DNA of 29,402 nucleotides from Promethearchaeia archaeon (GTDB lineage: Archaea > Asgardarchaeota > Lokiarchaeia > Sigyniarchaeales > SOKP01), in contig JAWOCD010000077.1 in the NCBI GenBank assembly GCA_046483985.1, forward strand, positions 1 through 29,402, given 5' to 3'. A program made the translations under genes and the position numbers. Every line of letters begins with the position of its first letter. Positions within the stretch are counted from its first letter, which is position 1. The notes under the pieces were generated by a model that searched no databases, was not told where the DNA came from, and saw nothing but the letters and a program-made list of their open reading frames with translations. Below, piece by piece: positions 16,635 to 24,565 of the stretch.

Positions 16635-18722
16635 TTATCTTCTTTTACTTTTTTTTAATTCTGCAATTGACTTTTCTGCCAATTGGATTGCTTTCTTATA
16701 TTTCTTTTTCCACATCTGCGCTTGTGAATTCAGTTTCTTTACCGTGTTTTGTAGCCCCTGGATTTTCTGAACCTTTTTTTGCAATTCTTCTGCTTGTCCA
16801 GATCCTTGTAATTTTTTGGCTTTTTCTTTTAGGACCTTATATTTTTCCTTCCACACATCCGCTTCCACTTGAAACTTCTTTATCTTTTTCTTTATCGCCT
16901 CTGAAGCGGCAACATTATTTAGATCCACCCGCGGTTGAGTGGTGTTCTCCAACTGTTTCTTTAGTTGAGAATTTTTTTCTTCTAAGTCACTGTTCTTAGC
17001 TTGTAGGTGTTTTATTTTGGTCTTGAGGTCTGCAATTTCTTCTAAATATTCTGAGGGATCTTTGGGCTTTTTCAATTCCTCAAAGGTTGTTTTCCCTAAC
17101 TCTAACTCCTCTTCCGTTTTGTTGCTTAGGATTCTCTGTTTTCGTTCTTTCAGTTCCTCCACGGTCTGGTCGGAAAGGAAATCTAACGCGTTGAATCCCA
17201 TGCCACCATGTTTGGTTACTCTCCTCCGAACCTTTACAAAAATTGGAATGCCAGTTACAGCCTCACCGCAGATAATTGCCTCCCCCTTATCAAGACCGGA
17301 AACATCAGCTTCATTTTCTTTGGTCAAATCCTCAGCGCTTGCAATGGTAATTGAAATATCTCGGACATCTGATAGTTGATGGACAATCCAAGTTCCGGCT
17401 TGAGCCCGAATTGTGGTATCTAATAACTGAGGTCGTTGGGTAGAAAGCACTATATTGGCGCCAAATTTCCGCCCTTCTTGCGCAAAGAGTTTAACAATCT
17501 CTCGGGTATCGGATTTCTTTTTCCCGGCAAAGAGATGCGCCTCATCAAGGAACAAGTAAAATGGGGGGATATCTTTTAACGTAGCGGCTTTATAGAGTTT
17601 ATTTAACAGCTTACTGGTAATAATCTGCTGGACCTCTAAATCTAATCCTCTGAGATTAATTATGGAACAGAGATTTGGTGCGACGATATCGGTCGGTTTT
17701 TGGGAAAAGAGGTATTCTAAATCAACATCCGCCCCTTTATTGATATTCAGTCTCGAGAACTCGATTATCTGATTGATATATTTACTCTCGCCGGAATCAT
17801 TCTCGTTTTCTGATTTTCTTTTCTGGTTATCTGTACCATCCTCATGTTTTTCGCTTAATTGTTCCTCTAATCTTTTCAATTCACTGGTTGCCTCTTGCTC
17901 CTCTTTCTCACCATCGGGCAGTTCCTTTTCGCAATTTTTGCATACTTTATCTCCCGCCGACACCTCTGACCCGCACCATGGACAAAACGTAGAACAATCC
18001 TCCTCGGAAAGCTCATGGATTGTCGCATCTAACCCCTCTTTGGTCTCCTCTTCTGGAGTGTTTTCTTTCTTGGCTTGCTCTTGCATATTAGTTTCAAGTA
18101 AATCGGCAGCACTTCGATTGGGATCTTCTTCAATTTGTATCTCATCCTTTTTCTTTTTTTGTTGTTCTGCGGCCACCTTTAAGCTTCCGTATTCTCCGTG
18201 TCGGTCGATGATGACAATTGGAATCCCTTTTTCCAGAAACTCCTCCGCAAGCACGCCCATTGTATAGGATTTTCCAGATCCTGACTTACCCGTGATAAAG
18301 ATCCTTCCAATATTTTTTACGAGTAAATTGACGTCGAAGTCATAACTGAGCAATTTTCCGATTGAAATAGACTTTTCGGGCGTATAAAATACTCCAAGTA
18401 CCTTTTTAATTTGCTCTTCTGTGGCTAAATAAACCTCTGCACCCATCTCAAAAGGAATAAGGGGGCGTTCTCCCACCACTCTGAGTTTAGCTTTCAAGCC
18501 CTTGCTGGAATTCCAGATTTTGATTACATCGAGCAAATAATGTTTACGGCTTCCATCTTCATTTTGCTTGTTTTTATCATAGATCACAAAATAATTGTTT
18601 TTATTTACTTCTTGGTTAGTAATAAGGATGGTAACTTCATGTGTGGTAGTTTTTCCGGTTAAATGTCCAACAACAACTCTATTGTCTTGTTCCTTGGTTT
18701 GATTATCTGGTTGATCTGACAT
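16635..18722 (-). CDS. HerA/DUF87-family (FtsK-HerA superfamily) ATPase with acidic/zinc-ribbon insertion and C-terminal coiled coil
   Basis: N-terminal HAS-barrel-like region, Walker A GKSGSGKS, IDRHGEY, Walker B FLDEAH, QEGRKFG and TQRP. CPWC-x10-CKNC zinc ribbon in the insertion. Confidence 0.88.
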   Translation of the reverse strand: MSDQPDNQTKEQDNRVVVGHLTGKTTTHEVTILITNQEVNKNNYFVIYDKNKQNEDGSRKHYLLDVIKIWNSSKGLKAKLRVVGERPLIPFEMGAEVYLATEEQIKKVLGVFYTPEKSISIGKLLSYDFDVNLLVKNIGRIFITGKSGSGKSYTMGVLAEEFLEKGIPIVIIDRHGEYGSLKVAAEQQKKKKDEIQIEEDPNRSAADLLETNMQEQAKKENTPEEETKEGLDATIHELSEEDCSTFCPWCGSEVSAGDKVCKNCEKELPDGEKEEQEATSELKRLEEQLSEKHEDGTDNQKRKSENENDSGESKYINQIIEFSRLNINKGADVDLEYLFSQKPTDIVAPNLCSIINLRGLDLEVQQIITSKLLNKLYKAATLKDIPPFYLFLDEAHLFAGKKKSDTREIVKLFAQEGRKFGANIVLSTQRPQLLDTTIRAQAGTWIVHQLSDVRDISITIASAEDLTKENEADVSGLDKGEAIICGEAVTGIPIFVKVRRRVTKHGGMGFNALDFLSDQTVEELKERKQRILSNKTEEELELGKTTFEELKKPKDPSEYLEEIADLKTKIKHLQAKNSDLEEKNSQLKKQLENTTQPRVDLNNVAASEAIKKKIKKFQVEADVWKEKYKVLKEKAKKLQGSGQAEELQKKVQKIQGLQNTVKKLNSQAQMWKKKYKKAIQLAEKSIAELKKSKRR

Positions 18723-18829
18723 TTTCTTAATGTTACTTATTTTTCTTAATAAGTAATTGGAATTTTTTAAATATAAATTAATGGTAAATGTATGAGATAA
18801 AAGGTAATTCCAAAATTAAGTCAATTTCT

Positions 18830-19196
18830 CTATGGATGATTTTATAATTCTTAACCTATAAGGCAGAAAAAATAGGTAAAAGAGTAATAAGAATTGACGA
18901 GTCTTATACCACCCAGACTTGTGCAAAATGTGGAAGAAGAGCGAAACTTGATTTGTCCGAGCGTGATATTAGTTGTGAATGTGGTCATAAGATGGATAGA
19001 GACTTAAATTCCGCTGTTAATATTATGGTAAAGTTTCTCACATCTGCTGACCTATCGCATCAACCCTCTTTGAAGGAGGAATCCTTTCTAAAGCAATGGA
19101 ACGGATTTTCCACGACACACAGCCCTAAGATATGCCCACCAGCTAACGCTTAGTGGACTCGTAGGAATCTCCGTCCTTTAGGGCGGGGAGACTTCA
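18830..19196 (+). mobile_element. Truncated IS200/IS605-family element (3' part of tnpB plus right end)
   Basis: tnpB C-terminal fragment followed by subterminal hairpin CTCCGTCC-TTTA-GGGCGGGG (19169-19188) and a probable terminal TTCA (19193-19196). The left boundary is approximate. Confidence 0.85.
18848..19153 (+). pseudogene. tnpB: 5'-truncated TnpB (zinc ribbon + RuvC-III)
   Basis: One frame reads FLTYKAEKIGKRVIRIDESYTTQTCAKCG...ISCECGHKMDRDLNSAVNI. An in-frame TAA at 18845-18847 precedes it. Confidence 0.92.
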
Positions 19197-20113
19197 ATAA
19201 TATATTTTTTAATCATATGATGAGGGTGGTAAGATTTTTTTGACTTTCTCAGTCCAGGGATCCCTAAATCTTGTTCTCTATTGACAAATTTGATATTGTC
19301 ACAGCATTTTTTGGCGAACAGATTATTTATCGCTTGGTATGACCCTTCATAATAGGTATGTGCCTTTTCAATATGTATAACCACGGTATCCTCGTTTAAT
19401 CTCTCCCCGATCGTGTAGCCTGCCGGTTTTCCATCCACTAAAATTAACCCTCCGTTATATCCCAATTCTTCGTAATTGTCAAATGCTTCTTGAACTGCAA
19501 TATGTTCTTGGTGAATATCTTCATTTTTTTGGCAATTCTTGATATCACACCATTTGTCTTGAAGTTTTCTACAATCGTCTAGCCATTCTTCAGAGATGAG
19601 ATGAAATTCATAGTCATATTGCTCTTTAAATGTTTCTAAATAACGACGTTTATTTCTGTACTTGTTTCCCTCAAGATTTACCAAACTTTCTCGCTTATAT
19701 ACATAGTCCCAATTATCCCTATCCTCATGAATCTTTAATCCTAAATTATCCATATCATCTTGAAATTGGGCTTTAAGGCTATTGATTAAAGTCTTTGGCA
19801 CTCTGTGAAACTCTAAATTCTTAAGTTCTCTGAAAAGCTTAATAATTAATTGTGAAGGATTCTCTCCGATTGGGGGAAAGAAAAAGTAAGGCGTATTTTG
19901 TTCTGCATCATTTTCCGAGTCGGATTTTAAATATGTCTTAGAAAAGACTAACAAGTGATTTTTCCACTCCGTAAATAAAAGTTCATAATTGAATCTCCAA
20001 ATAAATAAATTCGTAAAGGTAAACTCAGAAATCTGGGGGGGATATGAGTCAAAATACTGCTCGAATAAGGCCATATCTGCAATTTCGAGTTGTTTTTCAT
20101 TTGCAAAGTCCAT
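19178..20113 (-). CDS. DUF2156 / phosphatidylglycerol lysyltransferase-domain (GNAT-like) protein
   Basis: SEFTFTNLFIW, EDRDNWDYVY, LEGNKYRNKR, VIHIEKA, EGSYQAIN and VNREQDLGIPGLRKSKKSYHP. ATG 20113 is preferred over GTG 20170. Confidence 0.88.
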   Translation of the reverse strand: MDFANEKQLEIADMALFEQYFDSYPPQISEFTFTNLFIWRFNYELLFTEWKNHLLVFSKTYLKSDSENDAEQNTPYFFFPPIGENPSQLIIKLFRELKNLEFHRVPKTLINSLKAQFQDDMDNLGLKIHEDRDNWDYVYKRESLVNLEGNKYRNKRRYLETFKEQYDYEFHLISEEWLDDCRKLQDKWCDIKNCQKNEDIHQEHIAVQEAFDNYEELGYNGGLILVDGKPAGYTIGERLNEDTVVIHIEKAHTYYEGSYQAINNLFAKKCCDNIKFVNREQDLGIPGLRKSKKSYHPHHMIKKYIIEVSPP

Positions 20114-20292
20114 AATTAAGGTAAATTCACTCGGTTTATAAGGATTTTTTTTATATGAAAAAAATTGCACTAATGGTTATATTTTGTATAATCAAACTGT
20201 AACTTCTTCATCAAAAAACTATTCGATCTCCCCCGAATACATTCTGATAGACTTGGTAAAAATATATAACTTCTACCATAGAAGAATAAAGG

Positions 20293-20304
20293 AAATAAAA
20301 AAAA
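20293..20304 (-). terminator. Possible oligo-T terminator of gap
   Basis: T8 run plus T-rich tract on the minus strand about 33 nt after the gap stop codon. Confidence 0.35.
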
Positions 20305-20336
20305 GGAATGTTATTAAAATAATTGAATCTTTCCCA

Positions 20337-21332
20337 TTAGAGATGATCTACAATCAAATCAACCATTCGATTACTAAAGCCCCATTCGTTGTCATACCAT
20401 GAGAAAATGCCCACCATGTCTCCATAGATCTTAGTGAACATAGGACAGAAGATAGAACTATGCGGGTTCCCGATAATATCGGAACTCACAATTGGGTCTT
20501 CTTCGTAATCAAGAATTCCATCTAATTTTCCTTCTGAAGCTTCTTTCATTGCAGCATTGACTTCTTCGGCCGTTGGCACATTTTCTAAATTAAATTTCCC
20601 GTCCACTACACTTCCATCGGGGGTGGGGACTCTAACGGCCATTCCATCAAGCTTACCATCTAATTCAGGAAATACTGAACCGATTGCTTTGGCTGCACCC
20701 GTTGAGGTCGGAATAATGTTGGCGGCACATGCTCGTCCTCTGGTCATTTTAATTTCCGGGGCTTTTTTGGCTGCATCAACTGGAGATTGGGTTGAGGTAT
20801 ATGAGTGAATCGTGGTGATAATTCCACTACTAATACCGAAGTTCTCATTTAACACTTTAACGACTGGTCCTAAACAATTCGTAGTACAACTTGCATTTGA
20901 GATTATCTTATGTTCATCCGTTAATTGGTCATCATTACATCCTAGAACCACAGTAATGTCGGGATCAGTTGCGGGAGCACTGATTAAAACCTTATCAGCT
21001 CCTGCTTCTAAATGTTTCGATGCTCCTTCGCGATCTCTGAAAAACCCAGTAGACTCGATGGCGACATCTACTCCCTTTTTTTCGTGGTTTAAATTCGCGG
21101 GATCTCTTTCAGCGGTTACAGGAATTTCTTTTCCATTAATTACTAGAGCACCCTCTTTTGCCTCTACAGTTCCATCAAATTTACCAAATACGGTATCATA
21201 TTTTAATACATAGGCCAAATATTTGGTTTCAAATAAATCATTGATGGAGACTATATCAATATCTGGATTACCCACTGCACTTCGGAAGAAATTGCGTCCA
21301 ATCCTACCGAATCCGTTTATCGCTACTCTCAA
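20337..21332 (-). CDS. gap: Type I (bacterial/eukaryote-type) glyceraldehyde-3-phosphate dehydrogenase
   Basis: RVAINGFGRIGR, ESTGFF, ISAP, NASCTTNCL (catalytic Cys), TTIHSYT, IIPTSTGAAKA, RVPTPDGS and SWYDNEWGFSNR. TTG start. Confidence 0.96.
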   Translation of the reverse strand: MRVAINGFGRIGRNFFRSAVGNPDIDIVSINDLFETKYLAYVLKYDTVFGKFDGTVEAKEGALVINGKEIPVTAERDPANLNHEKKGVDVAIESTGFFRDREGASKHLEAGADKVLISAPATDPDITVVLGCNDDQLTDEHKIISNASCTTNCLGPVVKVLNENFGISSGIITTIHSYTSTQSPVDAAKKAPEIKMTRGRACAANIIPTSTGAAKAIGSVFPELDGKLDGMAVRVPTPDGSVVDGKFNLENVPTAEEVNAAMKEASEGKLDGILDYEEDPIVSSDIIGNPHSSIFCPMFTKIYGDMVGIFSWYDNEWGFSNRMVDLIVDHL

Positions 21333-21383
21333 ATTTTTCTCTCTCTTTTTTTTGTTTTGTTGAATTTTATTCTGTTATTTTTG

Positions 21384-21403
21384 ATATTATCGCATAATAT
21401 AAA
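21384..21403 (-). promoter_or_regulatory. Putative gap promoter: TATA box overlapping an inverted-repeat operator
   Basis: Minus-strand TTTATA at 21403-21398, preceded by an A-rich tract. Perfect IR ATATTAT-CGC-ATAATAT at 21384-21400. Confidence 0.45.
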
Positions 21404-21521
21404 TTTTTTTGTTTTATTTCTGAACAATTTTATGTTAAAAAGGTACTCGGGAAAGCGTTTCAGTATCTCACCCATTCGCGGTCACTTCACTTTATTTTTT
21501 TTATTTTTATTTTGACTCGAT

Positions 21522-21749
21522 TTTACATCTTTCTTTAAATCCTTTGCGGAGATTGCGGATGACGAAGATTATGATGTGGTAGATTTTAAGAGTATTTTGG
21601 ACAAATTTTCAACTTCAGCTTATCTGGAGTTAATGTTAAAATTCCATTATCGAAGTAGAGATGAAAGTTTAATCGCGTTTTCAACTTATCTTTTTTATGA
21701 CAATAAATTGGTTACCTTTCCGGGTACGTCCCTTGAAAAAATACTATGA
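21522..21749 (+). pseudogene. Internal fragment of a superfamily-1 (UPF1/DNA2-like, AAA_11/AAA_12) helicase, DUF4011/DUF3320 type
   Basis: A start-less frame reads FTSFFKSFAEIADDEDYDVVDFKSILDKF...MLKFHYRSRDESLIAFSTYLFYDNKLVTFP, matching the family signature PTSFF...ESILD...HYRS..ESLIAFSN..FY...L.TFP. Confidence 0.8.
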
Positions 21750-21779
21750 AAAAAGAAGTTAAATTTATATCCCAGAATC

Positions 21780-22115
21780 TTATTTTTCTAATAATTCTTT
21801 AATAGTTGATTTAAGTTCTGGGAGCCTTTGATGAATTGTTGTCCAGACCAAGTTTAAATCAACTTCAGAATAAGCATGAATCAATTTATCGCGCATTCCA
21901 GCAATTTTTTTCCATGGGATTTTAGGATTTTCTTTTCTAATCTCTTTAGGAATATGCTTAGTTGCTTCTCCAATAATCTCAAATTTTCGAATAACAGCAC
22001 TTGTAGTCTTATCATCAAGTTTAAATTTCTCAAGATCTAATTTTTTAATAAAATTCTCTATACTATTGATTGCTTTTAAAATATCATTCAAATAGATATT
22101 TAGATTCTTACTCAT
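21780..22115 (-). CDS. hepT: HEPN (DUF86/HepT-like) ribonuclease toxin
   Basis: [24 protein letters not shown] (R-x4-H-x-Y). Confidence 0.9.
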   Translation of the reverse strand: MSKNLNIYLNDILKAINSIENFIKKLDLEKFKLDDKTTSAVIRKFEIIGEATKHIPKEIRKENPKIPWKKIAGMRDKLIHAYSEVDLNLVWTTIHQRLPELKSTIKELLEK

Positions 22116-22413
22116 ATATAACCTCTTGAAGAATCTGGTGTTTTAACTCTTCTTTTATACTTGACTTTGAAACCACATCAACTTTTGTTTCAAAAATTTT
22201 TTCTAAATAATTTGAAAGACCAATTAGATGTATTAAATCGGCATCGGATTCAAATTCAACTAAAAAATCAATATCGCTATTCTCTTCTTGTTTATTATTA
22301 ACATATGATCCAAATAGCCCAATAGTTTTTACGTGGTACTCTTTATTAAGTTTTTCTTTCAAATTATTTAATGTATTGAGAATTGTTTCTTTAGTATTTC
22401 GCTTTTCACTCAT
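22108..22413 (-). CDS. mntA: Minimal nucleotidyltransferase (MNT) antitoxin
   Basis: [16 protein letters not shown] (GS-x10-DxD) and KVDVV. Overlaps the toxin gene by 8 bp. Confidence 0.9.
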   Translation of the reverse strand: MSEKRNTKETILNTLNNLKEKLNKEYHVKTIGLFGSYVNNKQEENSDIDFLVEFESDADLIHLIGLSNYLEKIFETKVDVVSKSSIKEELKHQILQEVIYE

Positions 22414-22517
22414 ATATATTATCTATGGATAGAATATTTTGAAAATTATATATATTTTTAGGGAGGGTCTTTTCCTTAATAAAAAAAGAGAGCTTTGAGA
22501 TTTAGATTTTTAGAAAT

Positions 22518-23888
22518 TCAGTTCTTCTTGGTTCTCACTTTGTAAACGATAAGGAGTGTAGAGAAGATAATTATTATCATCATAAAGCGGGGATAACCTG
22601 AAATAGAATCGTCTGGACCATCTTTATCGTTGGGTTCTTCATCTTCAGTGATTGGCTGGAAATTTTTCAGAAAAATATCATTATCCCCATTCTCCTCAAC
22701 CTCACCCACAATATACAGCTCATCGTTAGATGATCCTACTATTTCATGATAAGATTCCGTTCCCACTTTTTCTATCATTTCATATCCGCGTAAATTACCA
22801 TTAAGTTCAAATTCTATGAGATAATTTTCTTGGCCGTCGGGATAATTATATCCTCCGCAGAAAAGGACATCGTCTAACACGTAGATTGGTCCCAAAAAGT
22901 CGTTTATCGAAAAGTCTCCCCAAGTTGTATTCCATTTGTAACTACCCGAGGTGTTATATTTTATAAGAACTCCTTCCCCTCCGGGAAAGTTACCGGAGGT
23001 ATAGTTTGTAAATCCGGATAGATATAAGTTATTGGAATCTATACAGATATCTTCCGCCCTACTCATATAGGTCCCATTCCAATAGCGCTCCCATTGAAGG
23101 AACCCGCTTGTGTTATATTTTAAGGTAATAATCTTATAGTTTGATTCTGTTGTATATCCCGTCACATACACATTACGGTTTTCATCGAGGGCGAGCGCCT
23201 TTCCGCTATCGGTTAAATTTCCGAATCCATTCCAAGTCGCATTCCATGCTTGTGTTCCATCACTGTAATATTTCACGATCGAGATGTTTGCACTTCCGCT
23301 TATTGATCCATCTTTAATATAGCCCGTGAAATAGACATCTCCATTCATGTCCGCGGTTAAGTCATGACAAAAATTATCTATGTTTTTATACCCCCAAGTT
23401 TTCTCCCAGAGTAAATTATGGTTATGATCATATTTCACGAGGAAGACCATATTGTTAATAACACCTATTAGATTTTCGCCCCATCCGGCTATATACACGG
23501 CATCTGAAGTGACAGCAATACTATTACAGTACGGCTTATTTAGATCTGTATTCCATTGAACACTCCAGATCTCCTCCCCGTTAGGTTTGCATTTTATTAG
23601 CACGGGATTCGGAACTCCCGCATTTCCGGCAATATATATATTGTCATCTCCATCGCGTGCTATGGCTTGTCCCTCATCGTCCATAGTATAGTTCCACCGT
23701 TTATCCCAATCGAATTCATACGTCATTGTGCTTGCATTAAGTTCGATTTCTGGGTTTACCTCGTTTTGAGGTGAGAGATGATATTCTGTTATAATCAAAT
23801 GAATCGGAAACAGAGATATAATACAGAGTGCCAAGAGTATACCTTTCTCTATTAGTCTTTGTTTATTTATATTCCACATTTCGCTCAC
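22518..23888 (-). CDS. Membrane-anchored beta-propeller (SBBP-like repeat) surface protein with Loki-CTERM-like tail
   Basis: N-terminal signal/TM segment, repeats such as D...N-V/I-Y-V/I-T/A-G...L-x-K-Y...G...W, and an acidic linker followed by ISGYP + hydrophobic helix + KVRTKKN. Confidence 0.85.
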   Translation of the reverse strand: MSEMWNINKQRLIEKGILLALCIISLFPIHLIITEYHLSPQNEVNPEIELNASTMTYEFDWDKRWNYTMDDEGQAIARDGDDNIYIAGNAGVPNPVLIKCKPNGEEIWSVQWNTDLNKPYCNSIAVTSDAVYIAGWGENLIGVINNMVFLVKYDHNHNLLWEKTWGYKNIDNFCHDLTADMNGDVYFTGYIKDGSISGSANISIVKYYSDGTQAWNATWNGFGNLTDSGKALALDENRNVYVTGYTTESNYKIITLKYNTSGFLQWERYWNGTYMSRAEDICIDSNNLYLSGFTNYTSGNFPGGEGVLIKYNTSGSYKWNTTWGDFSINDFLGPIYVLDDVLFCGGYNYPDGQENYLIEFELNGNLRGYEMIEKVGTESYHEIVGSSNDELYIVGEVEENGDNDIFLKNFQPITEDEEPNDKDGPDDSISGYPRFMMIIIIFSTLLIVYKVRTKKN

Positions 23889-23986
23889 TTTTTTTTTAGG
23901 TATTGAAAGTGCTGAATGTGGTTATATATGTTTATCGCGTATTTAAGATTTATTATCTGAGATGCTTTCGTTCGTCTGCTCTATCC

Positions 23987-24451
23987 ATGTTACCCGAGGT
24001 TCGTACTCGAACTGAATCCCGTGTTGAAAAAGAAAATTACCGATATTTCTTTCAGAAAGCGATTGATTGGTCAAATAACCATATCTTCGGAAATGAGTTG
24101 AGATTTTTTTTCAAGCCGTTTGAACGGGTTTTTTATCGGTTTTTTCCCCGATTGATCGGATTCGCAAATTCCCTCTGTAAAAATTGTAAATTATGTGAGG
24201 AAAGTTGTCCTACCGGTGCAATTCAATTTAAAAATAGACCGATCATCTCGCCATCGGATTGTATTGCGTGTTTTAATTGTCTCCGCGTATGTCCGACCAA
24301 TGCTCTTTACTTTAAGCTCCTTCCCCGCGCAGAGTATTTTAAAGGCCCGAAAACAATTTCGGGTTATATCGCTCGAAAAACTCCTGAAAAAAACACCGAT
24401 CAAAATAAGTTAATAGGAAAAAAATGGGGGTTTCCCGATAAAATAAAGTAA
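23987..24451 (+). pseudogene. 2x[4Fe-4S] ferredoxin-domain ORF, probably the C-terminal remnant of a flavodoxin-ferredoxin (EFR1-like) gene
   Basis: CKNCKLCEESCP and CIACFNCLRVCP motifs, preceded by an amphipathic linker typical of EFR1-like proteins. No flavodoxin domain upstream. It could instead be an intact small CDS. Confidence 0.6.
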
Positions 24452-24509
24452 AAAACCTTTATTTTTTTTGTGGGTAACTTCCAATTATGAATCGCTCTCA
24501 AATGATGAT

Positions 24510-24565
24510 AACTATTGAGTCGGAAAAACATTGTTGATGTGGCAACTATTGAGTCGGAAAAACAT
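24510..24565 (+). repeat. 22-bp direct repeat AACTATTGAGTCGGAAAAACAT x2
   Basis: Copies at 24510-24531 and 24544-24565, separated by 12 bp. Confidence 0.9.

Noticed and set aside
16667-18267. Plus-strand ORFs of 110, 120 and 164 aa
   Set aside because: Antisense shadows of the HerA-like gene with Ser/Phe-rich composition and no motifs.
20184-20402. 72-aa plus-strand ORF between the DUF2156 gene and gap
   Set aside because: TTG start, no motif, and it overlaps the gap 3' end and A-rich terminator region antisense.
20557-21213. Plus-strand ORFs of 83 and 133 aa
   Set aside because: Antisense shadows of gap.
21441-21490. rRNA or tRNA fragment
   Set aside because: Only very short matches to rRNA-like words, and no cloverleaf or extended similarity.
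24510-24565. 22-bp direct repeat as a mini-CRISPR array
   Set aside because: Only two copies, a 12-bp spacer, the repeat is transporter coding sequence, and there are no cas genes.
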